Assembly: GCA_910586205.1 (NCBI GenBank)
Contig: CAJUGD010000014.1
Location: 22,900 to 86,899 of the forward strand
Reading direction: 5' to 3'
DNA: 64,000 nt
Source of the DNA: an uncultured Lachnospiraceae bacterium
GTDB taxonomy: Bacteria > Bacillota > Clostridia > Lachnospirales > Lachnospiraceae
Shown: positions 57,391 through 64,000 of the stretch, piece by piece
Numbering within the stretch: position 1 is the first letter of the stretch
Layout: every line of letters begins with the position of its first letter
Notes under the pieces: generated by a model
Seen by the model: only the letters and a program-made list of their open reading frames with translations
Told to the model about the DNA's origin: nothing
The model's database searches: none
Made by a program: the position numbers and the translations under genes

Positions 57391-57735
57391 CGAGAAATCA
57401 TAGGACGACAAAGGTGTACCACCACGGAGAGCGCCAACTCCCCGTGGCAAGGATGGTAATCAGGCTACCACACAATACTGACGAATCAGCGATACACAAT
57501 TGTAATTATAAAGCACTGGAAGTAAAAGTGCAATGTTTTTGTGTTGTGAAGTTGATGAAGTCGACCTTAAGATATATTTACGAGGTGTTAGTGTGGACGC
57601 ATACTGGCACCTCGTTCTTGATTTCTCACCTGGGTGCTTTGGTGGCGGATTGATCCGCCACTGGGGTATCCTAAGTGAGAAGTCGGAGTTTGAAAAGACT
57701 ACGATTTGTTTGCCGTGCTCGTAGTCTTTTTTATT
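57391..57735 (+). ncRNA. Candidate ~345-nt structured non-coding transcript or cis-regulatory leader (class unknown)
   Basis: Bounded by the promoter at 57356-57384 and the intrinsic terminator at 57693-57735. No RBS-preceded ORF. Several perfect local helices (57422-57447, 57580-57615, 57642-57661 nested in 57624-57680). Confidence 0.45.
57693..57735 (+). terminator. Rho-independent terminator
   Basis: Stem AAAGACTACG/CGTAGTCTTT with a 16-nt loop, followed by a T-run. Confidence 0.75.
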
Positions 57736-57816
57736 TCTTCGATTTTGGCGTTTACTTATTAGTTTTGAACGGCAAAATTACAAGAAAGCAGGAGTTACCT
57801 GCGGAAAGAGGGAAAG

Positions 57817-58443
57817 ATGAAAAGACAGTTAAGAACAGTTGCCGCTGTTGCGGCGGCAGTAGCCATGACGATGGCTTCCGTGATGACGGCGAGTGCAGCA
57901 ATAGGAGTGTCAAATGATGAGTATTCTATGGCAACAGGATTTCGTGACGGGTTACGTGAAAGATTTCCTTCAATAACGGATGCACATATTGACTGGATCA
58001 TCGATATAGGAGCATCGGATGATCCTACATGGGATTGCCAATACTGGGATACGTTAAGCTCAGTTGGCAAAGAAACCATAGCATATCTAGTTGTTCTTGG
58101 GCAGAAAGATCGGGCTTGGGCAGAAACGCAGGTTGACTATTATTACATAGATAGGGATATGTGTGTTAATCGGGGAGCAGATGCCGCTGAGTTAGATGCT
58201 CTTATTGTGAAACTAGGAGGTAACGTCAGTACTTCTTCATCAACGGAGAATGTTCCCACCTGGAAACAAGATGATAAAGGCTGGTGGATTGGAAATCCTG
58301 ATGGCACTTACATGACAAACCAATGGTATCAGTCACCTGCCAGTGGCTTATGGTATTATATGGGTGCTGATGGCTATATGCTCACGGATACTACCACGCC
58401 AGATGGGTATTTTGTAAATTCAGATGGGGTTTGGGTTCAATAG
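57817..58443 (+). CDS. Secreted protein with a C-terminal cell-wall-binding repeat module
   Basis: Signal peptide MKRQLRTVAAVAAAVAMTMASVMTASA. C-terminal ...WKQDDKGWWIGNPDGTYMTNQWYQSPASGLWYYMGADGYMLTDTTTPDGYFVNSDGVWVQ. Confidence 0.7.
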   Translation: MKRQLRTVAAVAAAVAMTMASVMTASAAIGVSNDEYSMATGFRDGLRERFPSITDAHIDWIIDIGASDDPTWDCQYWDTLSSVGKETIAYLVVLGQKDRAWAETQVDYYYIDRDMCVNRGADAAELDALIVKLGGNVSTSSSTENVPTWKQDDKGWWIGNPDGTYMTNQWYQSPASGLWYYMGADGYMLTDTTTPDGYFVNSDGVWVQ

Positions 58444-58517
58444 AAATGAATGATATGAGCGTGATCTTGAAGTTAAAATTAAATGTAATCAAAAATCTGG
58501 ATAAAGGTAACAAGTAT

Positions 58518-59411
58518 ATGAAAAAGAAAATTAGATTTAGTGCCTTAGCACTCGCCATGACATTATCAGTAGGTGCATCCTTTCCAGCATCAGCAGCCAC
58601 AACGGTAGCCCAGGAGGGACAGCCAACCAGCATCCACAACGCATCGTGGGCAGACCACTCTCATACCTCAAACTTCACCTTCAGCCGGGTACCTTACGAG
58701 GCTTTACGTGAGACTAGTAAAATTCAGCTCACACCAGCCCCTGCCGGATACACCTATCATTTCATCAAGATTGATGATAATGATACTTCATATAGGGGTA
58801 ACCCTTACGAACTCAAGGTCACCGGGGCAGTTTCCAATTACACTGTAACATCAGGGATTAACGGCTCAGAGATTACTGCCACCTTCACAGTCACTGCAAA
58901 TGGACAAGCCTATCCTGCCTGTAGGCTGGAGTACCTGAGTACCTCAAGTACCTACCCTTCTTCATGGGATAATGATACAACCGCCAAGGTCTACGCCATC
59001 CTCCTCCCGGCAAACTGTCAGGACGCCGTAACCTTAACGCTCAACCCCTACGCTTGGGACGAGTCTAAATCAAAAGACCCAAGGGTCTGGAACGCAGACC
59101 ATACGGCTTACTATGTTGATATGTCAAGTGTATTGGAGACAGCAGGCTCTGGTCATTATGTAAACTACAATGACGAACTTGTATTTTATATCACAGGTTC
59201 TCCTGCCACATCCCAGCCCCAAACCCAGCAGACCTGGGTATCTGATGCCAGAGGTTGGAGAGTCCAGAACGCAGACGGCACTTACCTGACGAACCAGTGG
59301 TATCAGTCAAACAACCTCTGGTATTACCTCGGAGCAGACAGCTACATGCTCACCAGCACCACCACACCAGACGGATATACGGTCAATGCCGACGGCGTTT
59401 GGGTTCAGTAG
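58518..59411 (+). CDS. Secreted protein sharing the same C-terminal cell-wall-binding module as the preceding gene
   Basis: ATG 58518 gives MKKKIRFSALALAMTLSVGASFPASA, a signal peptide. C-terminal ...WVSDARGWRVQNADGTYLTNQWYQSNNLWYYLGADSYMLTSTTTPDGYTVNADGVWVQ. Confidence 0.7.
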   Translation: MKKKIRFSALALAMTLSVGASFPASAATTVAQEGQPTSIHNASWADHSHTSNFTFSRVPYEALRETSKIQLTPAPAGYTYHFIKIDDNDTSYRGNPYELKVTGAVSNYTVTSGINGSEITATFTVTANGQAYPACRLEYLSTSSTYPSSWDNDTTAKVYAILLPANCQDAVTLTLNPYAWDESKSKDPRVWNADHTAYYVDMSSVLETAGSGHYVNYNDELVFYITGSPATSQPQTQQTWVSDARGWRVQNADGTYLTNQWYQSNNLWYYLGADSYMLTSTTTPDGYTVNADGVWVQ

Positions 59412-59664
59412 CACAGATGAATATCATAATCAAGATTTCTATCAGAGCCGCTGGCAGCAAATCGCCAGTGGCTTTTTCTATGCCCTGCCAGGCAGCAAAC
59501 TACCCAATTCCTCTCCCGCTTTTTGTGCATATCTGACCATCTTTCTTTTCTTCCCTATTTTTGACTTGCGTTAGTTCCCATTCAGAGTTATAACACGACA
59601 CAACAAAAAACGCAGTCCCCAGTTTTTTTTCATCAGGGGCAGCGAAATCGAAGGAGGTTATGGT

Positions 59665-60867
59665 ATGAACAGAAGCAGTTTACCGTTGGGAGTTAACAAG
59701 TTGAAAAAATGGTGGGACGATGAGAACAGGGTGCTGCGGTGCGACCTGCCATTCCAGAGGCATGCCGGAGCCTGGAGTCCCATCACCAAGAGTAACCTGG
59801 TGTGGAGCATCCTGGCAGACAGCTATATCCCGCCGATTGTCCTTCTCAAAGACAAGTCAGGCATGGATGAACGGGGGAAGGACACCTTCCTTTACAACAT
59901 CGAGGATGGCCAGCAGCGGCTTACCAACCTTTTCAGCTTTATGGATGACGGATGGACGCTTCACGGGGCTACGCCAGTCGTGGAGTATGACGGGTTTGAG
60001 TATGACCTGGCGGGAAAGAAGTTCTCTGAACTGCCGGAGGAGCTCCAGAGCGCCATCAGCCAGTACCGCTTTTCTGTCCAGTGCCTGGAAAACTACACCA
60101 TGCAGGAGGCGGAGTCACTGTTTTTCAATATCAACTCAGGGGTAGCGCTGTCAGCCGTGCAGAAGTCCAAGGCAAAGATGGGGACTGACCTGATCCAGTT
60201 TTTTTCCGGGCTTTTGGAGGGCGTGTTCTTTACCCAGGCGATCCATATCACGGAGGCTCAGGCAAGGCGGGAGGATGACCTTCTGATGCTGCTCCAGTCA
60301 GCGCTCCTTCTGGACAACCGCCATGACGGGCTGGAGTACAAGACCATCAGTGCCGCCTACTGCCTTGCCTATGCGGAATCCATCAAGGGCAGCTACACGG
60401 AGGAAAAGCGGGAGATCCTCCGGGAAGCGGTTCGCTTTCTGGATGCGGCCTTTCCAGCCAAGAATAAGTTCCTGCGGAAGAACAACGTGCCGGTTGTGGC
60501 AGTCATGGCCAGGGTTGCCCAGGAGCAGGGGGTGACGCCGGACAGCTTCCGGGGATTTATCAATGACTTTGCCAGTCAGGAGCATCCCGCCTATGATGAG
60601 GCTTCCGGCAGCGGCAATGTCAAGGCCAGGTCGGTGCAGATGCGCCTGAGGATGATGTTTCTTGCGTTTTGCGGGTACTTTGGACTGGAAGCGGGGGCGG
60701 TGGGCAAGCCATTTGCGGACACAGTTCCGCTGGATGAGGGAACGCAGGCCGCAGAGCCGGGAGAAGCCGCGGGAAGCAGTGAAGACGCCATTCCTGCCGC
60801 TGCAGGAGGCGGTGACGGGGCTGGCACAGCGCCGGATGATGGAATCCCTTGTGCGGATGTGGGGTAG
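59665..60867 (+). CDS. DUF262 (ParB/Srx-like N-terminal domain) protein
   Basis: 400 aa. ...LPFQRHAGAWSPITKSNLVWSIL... and the hallmark DGQQR motif (...YNIEDGQQRLTNLFSF...). Ala/Gly/Glu-rich tail. No DUF1524/HNH-type C-domain seen. Confidence 0.75.
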   Translation: MNRSSLPLGVNKLKKWWDDENRVLRCDLPFQRHAGAWSPITKSNLVWSILADSYIPPIVLLKDKSGMDERGKDTFLYNIEDGQQRLTNLFSFMDDGWTLHGATPVVEYDGFEYDLAGKKFSELPEELQSAISQYRFSVQCLENYTMQEAESLFFNINSGVALSAVQKSKAKMGTDLIQFFSGLLEGVFFTQAIHITEAQARREDDLLMLLQSALLLDNRHDGLEYKTISAAYCLAYAESIKGSYTEEKREILREAVRFLDAAFPAKNKFLRKNNVPVVAVMARVAQEQGVTPDSFRGFINDFASQEHPAYDEASGSGNVKARSVQMRLRMMFLAFCGYFGLEAGAVGKPFADTVPLDEGTQAAEPGEAAGSSEDAIPAAAGGGDGAGTAPDDGIPCADVG

Positions 60868-60952
60868 CGTTTTGCTCCAGGAAGGAAAAAAGGATGTCCA
60901 GGGGGTGGGGACGCCTGGAGCGCACGGGGAAGCGGGGGGAGACGCTTTTATG

Positions 60953-60982
60953 CCGCCGGGGGTCGGAACCCGGCGGTTTTTC
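60953..60982 (+). terminator. Rho-independent terminator
   Basis: 8-bp GC stem CCGCCGGG/CCCGGCGG with an 8-nt loop, followed by TTTTT. Confidence 0.7.
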
Positions 60983-62026
60983 TGTGGGCTGGTGTCCTGG
61001 CGGTGGTTTTGCCCTCCCCTCTCCACGGCTCCGTATTTGCCCCGTATTCCTCTTTTGCGGCCTTTGGTGTGGAATACCATGCCTTTGGGCATAAAGCCGC
61101 CACACGGCCTTTGTGGGCGCTTACGTGGGCTTTTGTGGATGGGGCATGGCCTGGGCGGGACGCTGGTTTGGGCGTGGGGCTTGTTTTGGCTTACGGGCAG
61201 TGTTCAGGAGACAAAGACACCAGGGGTAGTTATGGATGCTTTTTTAAAGCTTTTCTGCCCGAAGACAGACAGCCAGGAGGCATGGGATTCAGAGGATCGT
61301 GAAGGCAGAGGGGGAGTCGGAAAAAGCAGGCGTTGTAAACAGCCCCATCCCTGGCTTTTGCCAGGGAAAGAGGGAAATACTGCGGGCAGGCAATGGAAAA
61401 ACCTATCCATTACTCCCCCGCAGGAGGTCAGGACAGAACATTTGCCAAAAAAAATTTCCTAATTATTTAGACTGGAAATACTGCATAGAGAAATCACCAA
61501 ATGAGAACACAAAAAGACACCTCAGAGGCTTTCTTATTTTCTCCAGCAAAAGGCAATCACCAAACAGCAAGGAACCTCACAGTTGGAAAATCAGTCAGAT
61601 CATGACAGCCATAATATATAGGGATCGGGGCAGGGTTAATTAGCATAGTTTGCTAGAACTCTGAGAGTCAGGTTCCTGATGGCTTAGTGAACGAAACGAT
61701 GATGGGAGGCTGATTCACTGGTTTAGAAACATATAATATAGGCTGATTTGTATTTACATACTTCATAGCAACACAGTCAATCCATATAAGGCGGTTACTT
61801 AGACAACAGACCATACAACATGGGGCAGGGAATTGTCCATTGGAGGAGTCGATTCGCTCAGGCAGACAGCCAGGCCTGCTTAGTTTTAATAATATTTCGC
61901 ATAGGTAGATGGTACCTGACAAGCCGATCAGGTTCTGTCTGAGGGCATGGTTTTTGGCAGCCTGCCGACCATTGACGGCAGGCTGCTGTTGAAGGATAAC
62001 CGTAGATTTCAGAGGAGGGAAGGTTT

Positions 62027-62746
62027 ATGTTATTTTATCACCACCAGTTACACGCCGCTTTGGAGGCGGAATCGAGGGAACTGGCACAGCCAGTCAGGAA
62101 GTTTGCCGGGACAGCCGCTGTCTATAGGGGAGACAAGGATGTTTCTGTGGAGTCCCAGTGCTGGGACGCTTATCTTGACGCACTGAACGCCGTGAAACGC
62201 TGGCTGCGTATGGCCAGCCTTCTGGATTTGTCTGAGTCCCTGCGGACAGAGGCATACACACTGCTGTATCTGCCGGGGGAGGATCTCCAGGTAGAGATCC
62301 GTGTGAATGCAGACACCTGTATTCCCGTGAGGAATTTCCCAGGGGTACTTTTTCCCGTCCAGGACGCAGAGAGTGAGGCCGTGAGAAAGCTTCTTGAACG
62401 TCCTGCTTGTTTCCATAGGGGCAGTTATGAGATGCTCCACACGCCCATCGGGAGGATGGACTCTTTTGTTTATCACTGCCTGACAGAAGTCAGGGATAAC
62501 CCAGTCCGTCTGCTTTACCGCCATTTTGTCCTGCTCCTTGAGCAGATACGGGGAATGCTGAAAGAGCAGGGTGCGCCGGATGGGGTACTGGAGGAGGAAC
62601 TTCTTGCAGACTATGGGATTCATGACGTGATCGGCGTGTATAGGCTGGATTCGTCCCTGGCTGGGGCAGACAAGTTTTTGGATGGCAAGGGTACGCAGGG
62701 TGTTCCAGGGGGATTTCAGGCAGCTTCCAGGGGTGATTTCAGGTAG
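62027..62746 (+). CDS. Hypothetical 239-aa protein (mobile-element context)
   Basis: ORF with RBS AGAGGAGGGAAGG and plausible protein composition. No family recognised. Its last ~15 codons run into the iteron array. Confidence 0.55.
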   Translation: MLFYHHQLHAALEAESRELAQPVRKFAGTAAVYRGDKDVSVESQCWDAYLDALNAVKRWLRMASLLDLSESLRTEAYTLLYLPGEDLQVEIRVNADTCIPVRNFPGVLFPVQDAESEAVRKLLERPACFHRGSYEMLHTPIGRMDSFVYHCLTEVRDNPVRLLYRHFVLLLEQIRGMLKEQGAPDGVLEEELLADYGIHDVIGVYRLDSSLAGADKFLDGKGTQGVPGGFQAASRGDFR

Positions 62747-62856
62747 CTTCCTGAGGTAGTTTCAGGCAGCTTCCAGGGGTAATTTCAGGTAGCTTCCAGG
62801 GGTGGTTTCAGGCAGTTTCCTGGGGTGATTTAGGCAGCTTCCTGGGGTGGTTTCAA
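62700..62856. repeat. Iteron-like array: about 6.5 tandem copies of a 23-bp unit
   Basis: Units start at 62714, 62737, 62760, 62783, 62806 and 62829. Consensus TTTCAGGYAGCTTCCAGGGGTGR. There are no spacers between units. Confidence 0.9.
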
Positions 62857-63078
62857 AAACATCAGGGGTAGTTCGAGAGGCTTTTTTGTTTTTGAGGCCG
62901 CTATGGAAGCGCAATCTCCAGAAGCTGCGTCAATCTGGCAGGAAGCGACAAAGAAAATCCCTTTTTTCCCTCAGAAGTTTGGTTACTTTAGAGGGAGGAA
63001 ATCACTTGCAATCCCTTCCTGGAAGAGTTAACATACACACACGTCAAGAGAACATATGTACGCCAGGAGGAAAAGGGT

Positions 63079-63978
63079 ATGCGGACACAGAGGTTTGGAA
63101 TTGAGATTGAAATGACAGGTATCACCAGGGAGAAAGCAGCCAGCGTCATTGCGGGGTACTTTGGAACCTGCTTCCGTCATGTGGGAAACCGCTATGACAT
63201 CTTCGAGGCCACAGACCGCCAGGGGCGCATCTGGAAGTGCATGAGCGATGCTTCCATTGCCCGCGAGAGAAAGACAGCAGGCGGGAAGAGGGAGCCTGCG
63301 GAATGGGAGTATTCCACGGAAGTGGTGAGTCCTGTCCTGGGGTATGGAGACATCGCTGACCTCCAGGAGGTGGTACGCCAGCTCAGGCACAGCGGGGCGA
63401 TTGTGAATGCGTCCTGCGGCATCCATATCCACATAGACGCCAGCCCCCATACGCCGGAAACACTGAAAAATCTGGTGAACCTTATGGCACAGAAGGAGGA
63501 CATCCTCTACAAAAGCCTGAGGATAGCGCCGGAGCGTCTGCGCTATTGCAAAAAGGTCAATGAAACCCTGGTAGAGATGATTAACAAGAGAAAGCCCAGG
63601 ACGCTGGCAGCCCTGGCGGACTTGTGGTATGACGGTTCCTCTGAACCCAGGAGGCAGCATTACCATGAAACCAGGTATCACGGCCTGAATCTCCATTCCA
63701 CGTTTACCAGGGGTACCATAGAGTTCCGCATCTTCAACAGCACCACCCATGCGGGGGAGATCAAGGCATACATCCAGTTCTGTCTGGCGGTCAGTCACCA
63801 GGCTCTGACACAGAAGAGGGCCAGCAGCCGCAGGAGCGTTACGGACAATGAAAAGTACTGCATGAGGTGCTGGCTGCTGCGGCTGGGGCTGAATGGGGAA
63901 GAATTTAAGACCTGCAGGATGCATATGACGAAGAATCTTGAGGGGGATTGTGCGTGGAGGCATGGAAGGAGTGCGTAG
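63079..63978 (+). CDS. Amidoligase-family protein of the type common on Firmicutes conjugative elements
   Basis: 299 aa. N-terminal MRTQRFGIEIEMTGITREKAASVIAGYFGT... and ...GIHIHIDAS...GTIEFRIFNSTTHAGEIKAYIQF... match my recollection of the 'putative amidoligase enzyme' family. Confidence 0.7.
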   Translation: MRTQRFGIEIEMTGITREKAASVIAGYFGTCFRHVGNRYDIFEATDRQGRIWKCMSDASIARERKTAGGKREPAEWEYSTEVVSPVLGYGDIADLQEVVRQLRHSGAIVNASCGIHIHIDASPHTPETLKNLVNLMAQKEDILYKSLRIAPERLRYCKKVNETLVEMINKRKPRTLAALADLWYDGSSEPRRQHYHETRYHGLNLHSTFTRGTIEFRIFNSTTHAGEIKAYIQFCLAVSHQALTQKRASSRRSVTDNEKYCMRCWLLRLGLNGEEFKTCRMHMTKNLEGDCAWRHGRSA

Positions 63979-64000
63979 GCGCTCTTTCCAGGCTTCCTGG

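Larger units (their letters stand above)
59665..64000. mobile_element. Partial conjugative/integrative-element-like segment that continues beyond the window
   Basis: Gene content (DUF262/ParB-like, amidoligase, unknown small proteins), a long non-coding stretch, iterons, and higher GC than the preceding AT-rich islet. No integrase, relaxase or att site is visible inside the window. Confidence 0.4.

Noticed and set aside
57414-57653. 79-aa ORF inside the candidate RNA
   Set aside because: It has a GTG start without a Shine-Dalgarno sequence and no recognisable protein features. It spans the predicted helices, so an RNA interpretation is more likely.
60662-61462. Several overlapping 80-266-aa ORFs on both strands, downstream of the DUF262 gene
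   Set aside because: They overlap one another in different frames and are Arg/Gly/Trp/Pro-rich. They lack RBSs and begin inside, or read through, a clear terminator. I treat them as non-coding (see the finding for 60868-62026).
61677-61932. Possible invertible segment flanked by inverted repeats (CCTGATGGCTT and AAGCCGATCAGG)
   Set aside because: The repeat is only about 11-12 nt long and contains an indel. No recombinase lies nearby. This is too weak to call.
62700-62856. Tandem repeats considered as a CRISPR array
   Set aside because: The units are contiguous with no spacers and are only 23 bp long. No cas genes are nearby.
63028-63963. 311-aa minus-strand ORF
   Set aside because: It is antisense to the amidoligase gene, which has clear family motifs. 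It is Pro/Arg/Gly/Cys-rich and has no RBS.

Overview
This window looks like a roughly 50% GC Firmicutes/Clostridia chromosome. A Lachnospiraceae-like origin is inferred from gene content only. No rRNA, tRNA or CRISPR array was recognised.

Layout:
- 0.6-26.7 kb: one long co-directional flagellar/chemotaxis cluster. Gene order is flgB, fliE, fliF, fliG, fliH, fliI, fliJ, fliK, flgD, a flagellar-operon orf, flgE, flbD, motA, motB, fliM, cheY, flgC, fliY, fliO, fliP, fliQ, fliR, flhB, flhA, sigma-28, two rod-protein genes, cheC, cheD, cheV.
- 26.9-34.7 kb: a secreted cell-wall-binding-repeat protein, then a terminator-insulated two-gene module (a 145-aa protein coupled to a 1721-aa giant protein of unknown function), then a DHH phosphoesterase.
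- 34.9-38.4 kb: purE-purM-purN-purD.
- 38.5-54.9 kb: mixed housekeeping and accessory genes. These are a secreted non-specific nuclease, a VOC protein, a TetR regulator, a DUF4180-like protein, a WYL regulator, rubrerythrin, a GNAT, a TauE/SafE exporter, pckA, a HAD hydrolase, pyrBI, a DJ-1 protein and ppdK.
- 55-64 kb: the character changes to probably horizontally acquired DNA. It holds a visibly AT-rich islet with a 677-aa extended Dam-like methyltransferase-fold protein, a promoter-to-terminator ~345-nt non-coding transcript candidate, and two paralogous secreted wall-binding proteins. A GC-rich conjugative-element-like segment follows (DUF262/ParB-like protein, ~1.1 kb with no convincing CDS, a 239-aa unknown, a 23-bp iteron array, an amidoligase).

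The best candidates for something undescribed are:
- the 145-aa + 1721-aa module;
- the orphan methyltransferase-like islet with its adjacent structured RNA;
- the non-coding/iteron region of the mobile element.

All family assignments rest on motif recognition by eye and need profile searches to confirm.
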